From the IMG/VR virus record IMGVR_UViG_3300050821_005065, positions 1 to 64,000 of that record: a stretch of DNA of 64,000 nucleotides. One strand, 5' to 3'. Numbering within the stretch: position 1 is the stretch's first letter; each line of letters begins with the position of its first letter. The notes under the pieces are model-generated. The model was not told the origin of the DNA. It did not search any database and saw only the letters and a list, made by a program, of their open reading frames with translations. The position numbers and the translations under genes are program-made. This stretch comes from a virus. Positions 1 to 9,500 of this stretch are shown here, piece after piece.

Positions 1-1
1 G

Positions 2-292
2 CCCTCCTACATCCCCCGTGGCGACCGCATCCTAGTTCGCCGCTTAGAAGCTCCAGAACCCAAGCCGGGAGAAATGGTCAACCCACGCTCCCAGCAGAAA
101 CCGTTGAACCGCGGCACCGTTCTAGTCGTCGGCCCAGGCGCACGGAATCGCGTCACCGGGCAGATAGAACCCATCACCGATTTGCAGCCCGGGGACATCG
201 TAGAGTTTGTAGACTACGCGCAAGAAATCGAAGTCGATGGGGAAACGTTGTTGTTGTTGAGAGATGAAGAAATATCTGGCAAGCGTATCTAA
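2..292 (+). CDS. groES: Co-chaperonin GroES (5' end outside the window)
   Basis: Frame is open from base 2: PSYIPRGDRILVRRLE...RGTVLVVGPG...LQPGDIVEF...EIEVDGETLLLLRDEEI, the classic Cpn10 motifs; lies upstream of groEL. Confidence 0.92.
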   Translation, partial: PSYIPRGDRILVRRLEAPEPKPGEMVNPRSQQKPLNRGTVLVVGPGARNRVTGQIEPITDLQPGDIVEFVDYAQEIEVDGETLLLLRDEEISGKRI

Positions 293-293
293 A

Positions 294-809
294 ATGAAAG
301 AAATCCCGCTCACGCAAGGCCAAGTTGCACTTGTTGATGACGAAGACTACGAGCGCATCTCTGCCCACCCGTGGTATGCGCGCCTTGATCCCGATACCCG
401 CTCGTACTACGCGCTTCGCAACATGACATTTGAAGGCAAGCGAGTTACGCAGCGAATGCATCGGGAAGTTATGGGTCTTGGTTATGGCGATCCGCTAAAG
501 GTGGACCATCGTGTCAGTGGCAACACTCTGGACAATCGAAAGTCGAACCTCCGCTTAGCTAACGATCAACAGAATACACATAACGCTCGTCGCCGGAAGG
601 ATAACACCAGCGGCTTTAAGGGCGTCCACTTCATCAAGGGTTGGAAATACAGAGCGCGAATCCAAGTCAACGGAAAGCGCATAGTGTTGGGTGACCGAGC
701 CACGCCCGAAGCTGCTTACGAGCTTTACGTTGCGGCAGCTAGGGAGTTGCACGGAGAATTTGCGAACGACGGAAAGGGACAGAATGCCGAAGCAATCATT
801 GGAAGGTAA
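294..809 (+). CDS. Free-standing HNH homing endonuclease with C-terminal AP2 DNA-binding domain
   Basis: MKEIPLTQGQVALVDDEDY N-terminus; MHREVM...VDHRVSGNTLDNRKSNLR (HNH_3); NTSGFKGV...YRARIQVNGKRIVLG...AARELHGEFA (AP2). Confidence 0.92.
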   Translation: MKEIPLTQGQVALVDDEDYERISAHPWYARLDPDTRSYYALRNMTFEGKRVTQRMHREVMGLGYGDPLKVDHRVSGNTLDNRKSNLRLANDQQNTHNARRRKDNTSGFKGVHFIKGWKYRARIQVNGKRIVLGDRATPEAAYELYVAAARELHGEFANDGKGQNAEAIIGR

Positions 810-2430
810 CAGTGCTCGCGAGGCACTTCAAAGGGGCCTCGATAAAGTCGTAGATGCGGTTAAGGTAACTCTCGGACCAAGAGGGCGCAACGTTCTGCTG
901 GATCGCCCAGGCCAGCCGCTTGCAACCAGAGACGGCGTAACCGTTGCGAAGGAGCGGGCGAGCCTCCCGGACCCATTTGAAAACATGGGAGCGCAATACG
1001 CTCGTGAGTGCGCCGATGCAGCGGTGGTTGAAAGCGGAGACGGAACCACAACCGCTTCCGTGATCCTTCAAGCCATCGTCTCCGCCGGCATGAAAGCAGT
1101 CTCCGAAGGCGCCGAACCGCTCTTGCTGGCCGATGGGATTCAGATGGCTGCAGCGAAGTGTGCAGAGTTCATCAAGGCCATGTCGATTCCAGCCACGCCA
1201 GAACTCGTGCGCCAGGCTGCGATTGTTTCCACGCACCAAGACATTGAACTCGGAACTTTAATCGCGGAGGCTACCTGCAAGGTCGGGCCCACGGGCGTGC
1301 TTGAGCTGCAGGACTCGCGCGACGAAAAGACCACAATCGAACATCTCGAAGGCTTCTATTTTGGGCGCGGCTGGAGGCCAAACCAGTTCTTTGCCAACGA
1401 CCGGACAGGGCAGAAGTGCGTGCTGAAGAAGCCGTTCATTCTGATCTCGGAGCGGCCGATTGCGGGATCGCACGATCAATTGGCGGGGAATCATATCACC
1501 AAGATTGCGTGCGCCGTCGCAGCGACGGGCAGGCCGTTCCTGATTGTCTCTGAGGATTTGATTGGCGATGCGATGCAGTTTATGTCTGTCAATATGGCAC
1601 GTGGGACGATTCAATTCTGCTTTGTGAAACTCCCTGGATTCCGGGACAAGGCTGGCGAAGTCGAGGATCTTCGCATTGCCGTGGGAGCGAAGCGCGTTCA
1701 TTCCCAGATTGCAAACTCGGCTAACGATCACCTCTCCGGCTTCACGCTTGAGGATTTAGGCTGGTGCGAAGAAGCCGTCATTACACGAGATAGAACAGTG
1801 TTGATCAAAGGCGGCGCCAACGACATGCTCCTGCAAAAGAGAATCAAGCAGCTTGCGGAGCAGGCACGAGAAGCTACCAACGACTACGAGAAAGGGGAAC
1901 TCGAAGCGCGCGCGGCCAGACTCTTTGGCGGGATTGCGGTGTTGAAAGTGGGAGCGAATTCAGAACCGCAGATGTTGGAACGGAAGGCAAGGGCAGAGGA
2001 TGCGATTCATGCATGTAGGGGGGCTTTGCAAGAGGGAGTTGTGCCAGGGGGAGGAGTGGCGCTGTTAAGGGCGGCGATGGCCTATCAATATGCCTATCTC
2101 TCGAAGGATATATGCGCTGGCGAACTTATTCTCGTGCAAGCCATTTGTGAACCCGCCAAACAGATCATACGCAACACGGGACACGGCAGCGCACAAGAAG
2201 TCGTGGAAGCGCTGGGACATCACGAAGGCAAAGACTCATGGGGATTCAACGCAGCCACCGGGCAAGCAGGCGACCTCTACGAAATGGGCATCGTGGACCC
2301 CACTCGTGTTGTGCTGACGGCCCTCACCAAAGCAGCCTCGATTGGAGCTTTGTTGCTGACTTCTGAAGTCTTGGTCACTGATATTCCACAGCCGAAGATG
2401 GTGATGATGCCGCCGGGGGGAGCGTTCTGA
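784..2430 (+). CDS. groEL: Chaperonin GroEL (phage-encoded, divergent)
   Basis: ATG at 784 after GGAAAGGGAC; VKVTLGPRGRNV, TRDGVTVAKE, GDGTTTA, AEDAIHA, GVVPGGGVAL, GIVDPTRV motifs. Confidence 0.96.
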   Translation: MPKQSLEGNSAREALQRGLDKVVDAVKVTLGPRGRNVLLDRPGQPLATRDGVTVAKERASLPDPFENMGAQYARECADAAVVESGDGTTTASVILQAIVSAGMKAVSEGAEPLLLADGIQMAAAKCAEFIKAMSIPATPELVRQAAIVSTHQDIELGTLIAEATCKVGPTGVLELQDSRDEKTTIEHLEGFYFGRGWRPNQFFANDRTGQKCVLKKPFILISERPIAGSHDQLAGNHITKIACAVAATGRPFLIVSEDLIGDAMQFMSVNMARGTIQFCFVKLPGFRDKAGEVEDLRIAVGAKRVHSQIANSANDHLSGFTLEDLGWCEEAVITRDRTVLIKGGANDMLLQKRIKQLAEQAREATNDYEKGELEARAARLFGGIAVLKVGANSEPQMLERKARAEDAIHACRGALQEGVVPGGGVALLRAAMAYQYAYLSKDICAGELILVQAICEPAKQIIRNTGHGSAQEVVEALGHHEGKDSWGFNAATGQAGDLYEMGIVDPTRVVLTALTKAASIGALLLTSEVLVTDIPQPKMVMMPPGGAF

Positions 2431-2827
2431 TGAAATGGCAGACCCATGAGTGCTTTCTCGCTGCACCCCTCGCATTCTTGGCGAAAAAAGAAGCTGAGAG
2501 ACGAGCAACCAAAGAGTGTAGAGAAGCCCTACTAAAGCAAGCCTCAGCGTTGAAAGGCGCGTCGTGAAACGCTTCATGCGGTTATTCTGGCTGCTGCGCG
2601 GCATCTGGCGTAAACAGGTGAAGCGGTACGTCCGCTGGAAAGAGATCATGATCAAAGAAGGTATGCTCTTGCGTAAGTATTGGTCACCATATCGTTAGTT
2701 TCCCTCGCTGGTAGCCTTCCCGGCGAGGCGCTCCTGTTGTCTCGCCGGGAGCATAGGCCGCACGGTGGCCGTCATCCCACTGTGCGGCTGAATATCTGAT
2801 TTCCACAGCCTTTTCCATAAACCATTC

Positions 2828-2856
2828 TTGACATGAAATGGTTTTGCCTGTATCTC
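2828..2856 (+). promoter_or_regulatory. Sigma70-like promoter flanked by an inverted repeat
   Basis: TTGACA(2828-2833)-17 bp-TATCTC; AAACCATT(2819-2826)/AATGGTTT(2837-2844) inverted repeat straddles the -35 box. Confidence 0.55.
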
Positions 2857-2945
2857 TTAGACGTAACTCCCCAGCCTTGACTTTCCGTTTTGCCGTTAGG
2901 ACCGACGCGCGCCGGAAATAAAGCGCAGCCCTTAAAGCACTCACA

Positions 2946-3251
2946 ATGCGAATCCCTGTCTGGTCCCATGACGCCAACCCCAGCGTTGATGCTCCTCTCT
3001 GCCGCAAGAAACTCTCCTACTGCGAGGATATGATTCTGCGCGGCCTCCTCAAGCTCTTAAACGTGAGCGACATTCGGCAAGGCTGCATAGCGACTGGCAA
3101 GCTATATCTGCGTGCGGATGAGTATTCAGGTTCAATCAATCGTGCGGCTGGCTGGGGATTTGATTCAGCTTGGGGGATTCGGCAGTCTGGGCCGACTGGC
3201 CCGCTGGTGTGGCAACTGCGAACGCCGCGCACTAATGCTGCTACAGCATGA
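2946..3251 (+). CDS. Hypothetical protein
   Basis: First ORF after the promoter; ATGA overlap with the next ORF. Confidence 0.55.
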   Translation: MRIPVWSHDANPSVDAPLCRKKLSYCEDMILRGLLKLLNVSDIRQGCIATGKLYLRADEYSGSINRAAGWGFDSAWGIRQSGPTGPLVWQLRTPRTNAATA

Positions 3252-3478
3252 CTTCCCGAATCCCAAGCGCCCAAGCCGGGTATATGGAACTGGCTGGCGC
3301 AAAGAAAGATGGAGACTGCCGGAAAGTGGAAGTGGCGGGCGGCGTCAGCTTGGAATTAGGCTGCTGCAATGAATATCGGCCGCAGGCAAAAACTACACAG
3401 CGCTTTGATTGTGGGAACTGCGAATACCACAAGGCTTCCGAATCTCCTCGCGCCCCAAAACCTCCATCGAAGCTATGA
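3248..3478 (+). CDS. Small Cys-rich hypothetical protein ending in PRAPKPPSKL
   Basis: Coupled ORF; C...CC...CxxC pattern. Confidence 0.6.
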   Translation: MTSRIPSAQAGYMELAGAKKDGDCRKVEVAGGVSLELGCCNEYRPQAKTTQRFDCGNCEYHKASESPRAPKPPSKL

Positions 3479-3587
3479 CTGAGCGCGAACGCACTGCCTT
3501 GATCGTGTTTGGCTGCATCGCATGTGCAGCTTTCATTCTCGCCCTATTTGGCGTTTTTCAGTAACCATAATTCTGGAGGAATCAATT

Positions 3588-3737
3588 ATGAAGCAGTTTC
3601 TAGTCTACGACCGATTCACTCAGAGTCAATGGCGGCGCATGTCTTATGAGCAACAGCGTCTTGCCGTCAACCGCTGGCGTGCCGAGTATTCGAATAACCC
3701 GAAATACTGGCCTCAAACCGCAGGAGAATGCGCTTAA
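3588..3737 (+). CDS. Small hypothetical protein
   Basis: GGAGGA RBS before ATG at 3588. Confidence 0.5.
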   Translation: MKQFLVYDRFTQSQWRRMSYEQQRLAVNRWRAEYSNNPKYWPQTAGECA

Positions 3738-3741
3738 GGAT

Positions 3742-4149
3742 ATGAGACAGCCTCGTTACCGCGCCGCACGCCGCGCAGCCCTCAGAGTCCAAGGAATTAC
3801 TTCAGCCAACCAGCAGGAAGTGTGGCAAGTCACTCCGAGTCGAATTGGAATGCCAGCTTGGGCGAAAGAGCGGGCAGTGAAAGGGCTAATGGGCTTCTGG
3901 TTGATGGAGTGGGACGGGGCGCGAGTCGCGAATCTCGACAGATTGCGCGGCGGCTTTCCCATTGTGCTGAGGCAACCCTTCCGGCGCTGTGAAGTCTGCA
4001 ACCGCCCCATCATCGGAGGAGAAGCGATTGACCGGCGCAACCAAGTGGAGAGTTGTGTTGGCGGCAGAGAGCTTCCTTGCCGAGACCAGTGTTTAGCCGA
4101 GCGGGATCTGGGATTGTGGACGCGATTGAGCGAGGTCAAAGCAGCGTGA
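3742..4149 (+). CDS. Hypothetical protein with CxxC motifs
   Basis: TAAGGA RBS before ATG at 3742; GTGA overlap with the next gene. Confidence 0.55.
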   Translation: MRQPRYRAARRAALRVQGITSANQQEVWQVTPSRIGMPAWAKERAVKGLMGFWLMEWDGARVANLDRLRGGFPIVLRQPFRRCEVCNRPIIGGEAIDRRNQVESCVGGRELPCRDQCLAERDLGLWTRLSEVKAA

Positions 4150-7100
4150 GGCAGCGCAGTGATTTCATCTTCTTCCTGTTGGTGGTTGCCGTGGTGTTGT
4201 GCTTGGCCTCAGCCGCGCGCTGCCAATCGCCCTACGTAAACCTTACCGGCGTGGTCCAAGGGCCGAACGGCTTACCCGCAGCCAATCAAATAATTTCCCT
4301 CACTCCAACCCAGCAGTTCTTCGTCCCAGGCTCCGGAAGCAACTGCGATGGCTATACGTTGCAGATCACAGGGATTACTCTGTTCTGCGGGGATACGGTC
4401 AATTTCAATAACACCACGCCGGCGGCACCGGTGAATGGCTTAAATATTCAGTGGCAAACTCTGAACATTCCAGGCATTCCCGGAACCGACGAGGTAAGCG
4501 CAGCGATCGTAGGCGATGCGAATCCGAATCACTGCCTTAATGGTACGGGTGCATGGGCCGATTGCGGTGTAGGCGTCGTCGGCCCGATTACTCCCGGAGA
4601 TTGCGCGTACTGGGCCAGCACAACCGCCGTCGGAGACATTGGCGCTCCATGCGGCAGTGGCGGCGGCGGCGGCACACCCGGAACTCCGGTTGGATCGCTG
4701 CAAGGATACAATCCAACTCCTTCACCTCATTTTGGTGGAATCCCCAACACATCCGTAAACTTCACCACAGGGCAGACGCGGGTCGCCAACTTCAGCAATG
4801 TGCTTTACGCTCCCGATCCATCGGTTGTGACGGCAGGTGGATTCAACTGGCAGCAGAGTCCTTCGGGAACTTTGACGGCTGGAACTCCGGCGACCGTGAC
4901 TTTAACTCCGTGTCCGCTTGGGGTTAACGGACTTGATTACTGGAACACATTTCTCATTTCGGATTACACGACCGCAACGTTTACGAACGGCTCGGCGTCC
5001 ATTGCGGCAACTAATTCTTATTTTGCCGGAGAGATGGTTCGGTTTACTGGCAGCGTTCCAACGAACTTCAGCACAACTGCGATTTACTACGTTCTCTCGA
5101 CGGGCCTTTCGGGGAGCACGTTTCAACTGGCAGCGATCCCCGGCGGCACAGCAATTCTAGCCGGCGGAAACGGTTCCGCGACTGCGATTGACTGGGAAAC
5201 TCCGCAAATCACCTATGGTGGTACGTGTGCGTCCGGAGCATCTTCCGGAACGGTGCTGTTCACGCCAATCTATTCGCACGCGGCGGGCTATAGCATCGGG
5301 ACGGGTACGGCGGGCATTTACGAAACACTTGCGGCGAATGCCCAACCACAAACCGGCGGCTCGACCTTTTCGACCAACTATCGCATCGTGCTGGGGCCGG
5401 CGGGCAATCCGAACAACAACGGCCAGACCGGACCAACTGTATACCAAATCTTCGGCACGCTGAGAGCTGGGTTTTATAATTTGACGATTGACGCCTACGG
5501 CAGCGTCCTTCAGTGCTGGACGCGCAATTACTGCATCGACTATAACCGCCTGTCTGGGTCGCAGAACAAGTTCAACATCCTCGGGCCGACCATGGTCTCG
5601 ATGCAGAATTTGAACGGTTGGCCCATTGCCTCGACACAGTGCTCGGGAGGCGTGGTGACAATCAACACCACCGTGCCTCATGCGATTCAAATTGGCGATA
5701 TCACCGACGTACTGAGAACAGATAACGCCTTCTACTGGGGCGGATCGGCCACTTGGGGGCTCAATTACGACGGCCACACGGTGACCTCGGTAACCTCGAC
5801 TTCCTACAGCTACCCGATTAATGGTTCGTGTCCTGCCGGAACTTCACTAGCCAATACTCCTGGTTATACCAATGTCATCAACGCCCCGATCATGTCCACC
5901 CAGAACGGCATGCACATCGCAGACTTTCAGGGATTCTTAGCCGGAGCCGCCTACATCGGGACGCAAGGACATTGGAACGAAGGCCCTGTAGGGCTTAACG
6001 ATCAGGATTTTACGGTGGACAGATCGACCGATATCTTGTTGGTCTCTGGGCAGGTAACGCCATCGACTTGTTCGACCACCTATCCGTATTGTGGGTTCAA
6101 GATGTATTTCCCCGGCCCCGGCTCCCGAAACTCTTCCATTCCCCATCTTTACAATCTGGATTTCAACGTAGCCTGTACCGGAAACGGCATTGGCAATTTT
6201 GCCGGAAACACGATGGATGTCACTGGAGCCAATCTTCAGAGCGTGAGCCAGGTTGCGATTGTCTCTGGCAATCCGCTCAGTGGCTTTGGGCCTACCACGC
6301 TGTTGAATGTTTACGCCGAAGCGGGCGGCTGCACCAATCCGGATGTAGGTCTGATCGCGGATGCCGGGATTATCAACTACGGCACTCCAATCACGGTCAT
6401 TGGCGGAGAAGGTCCGGGCGGCGGATTAATCACACTAGCGACCGGAGGCAGCACGGTTTATGCCTACTATATTCAGGCAGTAGATTCGGTTGCGGGAGTA
6501 AGCGCTCCATTACTCTTTGGCGAAGCAGCTCCTTCAGGCAGCACCGTGAATGTGCAATTCCCGAGAATGCAACCCCTTCCCGGCAACACGATCACTTACA
6601 ACATAATCCGCACGACCGATCTTCATAACGCGCCAACTACATCAGCTTGTACGGGAGGAAGCACCAGCGCGTGCGGCTCCGTAACCACAGGAATGGCACA
6701 GTGCTCCGGCTTGTGGTGCTCATTCACCGATTCTGTCGCATCAAACACATCTGCGATCACTGTGACATCGCCCGCACCCTTTTTACCTTCTGCTACTTTC
6801 TGGCCTGCAAGTTGGGTGATGGAGGGGAATGGAGTAGCCTATGTAGTCGGTATTACGAACCAAGGTTGTGCGGAGGCGACGCTCAGTTTCGGTGGCCTCT
6901 CTAGCCCGGCCTGCTTTAGCGCGAACGATCCTAATGCCGGGAGCCTTACTTCATGGGGATCATCATTACAAGGGGGGCGAACCGCGTTAATTTTGGATGA
7001 CATCACCCAAATCACCCCTCCGGTTCGAGGAAGATTGAATTTCAATTACACAACCACGACGTACAAATATCCGCAGAGCGTCATCACCTTGGCAGATGCT

Positions 7101-8102
7101 TCGCCAGATGTAACCTTAGCTAATATTGGGCATCGGCCTTCGATGTCTGCCTCCGACACATGGATAGGCTTCGATTGTCTGAATTACGTTACCCTTCAGT
7201 GTTTGGGATTGGGCAGCCCGGTGTCAATTTCCAGCTACATCGGCGCTGTGCCAAACGCGGCTGGCGTTGGGGGATCATCCAATTGGACGCATCAACTTAC
7301 CGCATCTCTCGAAACCAGCCGAGTACCCAACCTCATTACGCAGGGATTGACCGTGCTGGGATCGTGTACCGGCTTCCTGTTCTGCGGGCCGTTCTCTCCC
7401 ACGAATCAGGTATCTGACACTTTTGTGCGGGCCAATAGCGGCACTTTAGGAGTGAACTGGACTTGCAGTTCAAACGGCACGTGGGGAATTACCAGCAATA
7501 CAGCCACGCCGCTTACCCTCACTTCGGGAACGGTCCTAAACTGCGCTTACACGGCGACCTCTTTCACCAATGATCAAGTATCGCAGGTTACATTTTCCGC
7601 ACCATCGACGGATGGCATCGGGGCGACCTGTCGAACTGCATCAGGCGCTTCGACCGGATACACGCTGCTTTTAGATGGCTTAGGCGATTCGCGCATCTTG
7701 AAAAGTGTAGCTGGCGTAGCTAGCAACCTCGCTACCGGCGGGCCCGCTTTTGCTATCGGCGATGTTGCAACTATCGCTTGCGTTGGAACGACGATCACGG
7801 CTTACAAAAATGGTACGCAAATTCTCTCGGCTACGGACAGCGCTATTACTTCCGGCTCTCCCGGCATGACCTACTTCAACAATCCTGCCGCAGGAAGCGG
7901 AGCACTCTCAAACTTCATCGGCGGAAACGCTTCATGGAATAGCGTGCAGGGCCTGTCAATCCAGAGCAATCCGATTCCAGGGCAGGAAGGCAGCCCGACT
8001 CTTAATACCGCGGTGTGCTGGAAGACGACTGGGGTAACGCCGACCTTGGGATATTGCTCGACCGCTCTTAGCGGCAGTCCGCCAACTTGCACATGCAACT
8101 AA
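4146..8102 (+). CDS. Large tail-fibre/tailspike-like protein with predicted signal peptide
   Basis: GTG start; MRQRSDFIFFLLVVAVVLCLASAARC|QSP signal; VNLTGVVQGPNGLPAANQIISL resembles fibre N-terminal anchors; beta-rich T/S/G composition; Cys-rich C-terminus. Confidence 0.7.
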   Translation: MRQRSDFIFFLLVVAVVLCLASAARCQSPYVNLTGVVQGPNGLPAANQIISLTPTQQFFVPGSGSNCDGYTLQITGITLFCGDTVNFNNTTPAAPVNGLNIQWQTLNIPGIPGTDEVSAAIVGDANPNHCLNGTGAWADCGVGVVGPITPGDCAYWASTTAVGDIGAPCGSGGGGGTPGTPVGSLQGYNPTPSPHFGGIPNTSVNFTTGQTRVANFSNVLYAPDPSVVTAGGFNWQQSPSGTLTAGTPATVTLTPCPLGVNGLDYWNTFLISDYTTATFTNGSASIAATNSYFAGEMVRFTGSVPTNFSTTAIYYVLSTGLSGSTFQLAAIPGGTAILAGGNGSATAIDWETPQITYGGTCASGASSGTVLFTPIYSHAAGYSIGTGTAGIYETLAANAQPQTGGSTFSTNYRIVLGPAGNPNNNGQTGPTVYQIFGTLRAGFYNLTIDAYGSVLQCWTRNYCIDYNRLSGSQNKFNILGPTMVSMQNLNGWPIASTQCSGGVVTINTTVPHAIQIGDITDVLRTDNAFYWGGSATWGLNYDGHTVTSVTSTSYSYPINGSCPAGTSLANTPGYTNVINAPIMSTQNGMHIADFQGFLAGAAYIGTQGHWNEGPVGLNDQDFTVDRSTDILLVSGQVTPSTCSTTYPYCGFKMYFPGPGSRNSSIPHLYNLDFNVACTGNGIGNFAGNTMDVTGANLQSVSQVAIVSGNPLSGFGPTTLLNVYAEAGGCTNPDVGLIADAGIINYGTPITVIGGEGPGGGLITLATGGSTVYAYYIQAVDSVAGVSAPLLFGEAAPSGSTVNVQFPRMQPLPGNTITYNIIRTTDLHNAPTTSACTGGSTSACGSVTTGMAQCSGLWCSFTDSVASNTSAITVTSPAPFLPSATFWPASWVMEGNGVAYVVGITNQGCAEATLSFGGLSSPACFSANDPNAGSLTSWGSSLQGGRTALILDDITQITPPVRGRLNFNYTTTTYKYPQSVITLADASPDVTLANIGHRPSMSASDTWIGFDCLNYVTLQCLGLGSPVSISSYIGAVPNAAGVGGSSNWTHQLTASLETSRVPNLITQGLTVLGSCTGFLFCGPFSPTNQVSDTFVRANSGTLGVNWTCSSNGTWGITSNTATPLTLTSGTVLNCAYTATSFTNDQVSQVTFSAPSTDGIGATCRTASGASTGYTLLLDGLGDSRILKSVAGVASNLATGGPAFAIGDVATIACVGTTITAYKNGTQILSATDSAITSGSPGMTYFNNPAAGSGALSNFIGGNASWNSVQGLSIQSNPIPGQEGSPTLNTAVCWKTTGVTPTLGYCSTALSGSPPTCTCN

Positions 8103-8104
8103 AA

Positions 8105-9028
8105 ATGACACTCTTTTCTATGGTCGATCGACGGCTGAGCAGCACCCTTGGAGTGCTGGCTGTTTTTCTCGGCATCCTCACCTCCTGCGAACCCATCCCG
8201 GTCTACGCTCAGTTCGTTGTGGCGCCCACCACCGCAGAGTGTGCGACCTCAATTGATGGATCTGTCGTGGGAACCATTAATCCTCTGTCCCCACCAATTC
8301 TGACCACGAGCTTCACCGGCAGCTTATCTGCGGGAAATTACTTCGTCGAAGAGGCTTGGCTCGATTCGTTCGGACATACCACATTGGTCAGTCCGGAAAC
8401 TCCAGTTCAACTCACCGGCACCGGAGAATTGATTGAGAATATCCCCTCAAGTGGGATTCCGGCCACGGTCGTCACACGAAAGATTTATATCGGCACAACT
8501 TCTGGGTCAGAGACTCTTCAGGGCTCCGCCTCTGGCTCTACTGCTTATACTCAAAGCGTGCCGCTGGTCACGGGAGCGGCAGTTCCGACACTGAATAACA
8601 CAGTTTGCCAGGTAGTCGCGAACGATGCCGGCTGGCCCACGGGAACCGGTTATCTTGTCTCCCTTACTACTCCCTCGGGTGAAACGGCACCAGGGTATCC
8701 TTTGCAAGCCCAATTCCTAGGGCCGGGAAACAACATCAACTTAGGACAAGGTTTCCCGCAGTACAACGGGACAGTGCTGTATCCGATTCCAATCATGGCG
8801 CGACCCTACAATCATGGGCCGCAAAGCATCTCGGGAAATCTAACCTTGGGGCCCTACGCTTTGTCGGCCAACACCATGACGCTTGGCACGAGCGTAACTA
8901 ATCCCTCTGGAGGAACCAATGTTGTCTATCGCTGCGTTACCGCGGGGTCTACGCTGCCCATTGGATCGTTAACGATCAACGCCGCGGCTTGTGGCAGCAC
9001 ACAGGATACAGGTTTACGAGTTCCGTAA
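8105..9028 (+). CDS. Fibre/Ig-like protein with predicted signal peptide
   Basis: Hydrophobic N-terminus (LGVLAVFLGILTSC...VYA|QF); GSLSAGNYFV...IYIGTTSGSETLQ Ig/Fn3-like module of the type repeated in the nozzle protein. Confidence 0.65.
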   Translation: MTLFSMVDRRLSSTLGVLAVFLGILTSCEPIPVYAQFVVAPTTAECATSIDGSVVGTINPLSPPILTTSFTGSLSAGNYFVEEAWLDSFGHTTLVSPETPVQLTGTGELIENIPSSGIPATVVTRKIYIGTTSGSETLQGSASGSTAYTQSVPLVTGAAVPTLNNTVCQVVANDAGWPTGTGYLVSLTTPSGETAPGYPLQAQFLGPGNNINLGQGFPQYNGTVLYPIPIMARPYNHGPQSISGNLTLGPYALSANTMTLGTSVTNPSGGTNVVYRCVTAGSTLPIGSLTINAAACGSTQDTGLRVP

Positions 9029-9072
9029 CTCCCCGCAATGCCCAGCATCAACCCTTTAACCTTGGAGGAAGC

Positions 9073-9495
9073 ATGAAATACTCCGACTCAGTAACTTTAG
9101 TCCAACGCCAGTCCGATGGCTCAATCACGCGCACGAATGCGCTGGTGCTGGCCTCGGCAATCCAACCCAAAAACGCCAGCATCCACACAGGTCTCAAGAA
9201 TCAGCATGGCCTGTTACCCGAAGGCGAGTATCTTGACCTCGCATTCTTAACCCCGATGCCAGACGGGCAAGTGTTGAAGACCACGAGCGCGGAAAACTAT
9301 ACGCGACCGGCACATTTAGTCGCACCATGGAAGGACGGCGCGGTGATCGGATGGGAACCGAAAGTCGCTCCACCTTCCCCGGACGCCGCGAAGCTTCGCA
9401 AGTTTCTGTTCGCGAATTTCAAGAGCGAAACCGGCAACGAAACTCCCGAAGACTGCGCCATCCGCCTGCTGTCCGCCACTCTCAAAAAGAAGTAG
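9073..9495 (+). CDS. Hypothetical protein
   Basis: GGAGGA RBS, ATG at 9073. Confidence 0.7.
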   Translation: MKYSDSVTLVQRQSDGSITRTNALVLASAIQPKNASIHTGLKNQHGLLPEGEYLDLAFLTPMPDGQVLKTTSAENYTRPAHLVAPWKDGAVIGWEPKVAPPSPDAAKLRKFLFANFKSETGNETPEDCAIRLLSATLKKK

Positions 9496-9500
9496 AACCT

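Noticed and set aside
691-783. N-terminal extension of GroEL given in the ORF track
   Set aside because: GroEL similarity and an RBS point to ATG 784; likewise the 4053, 9327, 13419 and 36293 starts are upstream in-frame extensions of genes that start later
294-809. HNH gene as part of a group I intron
   Set aside because: groES ends and groEL begins intact on either side, and there is no non-coding room for a ribozyme core
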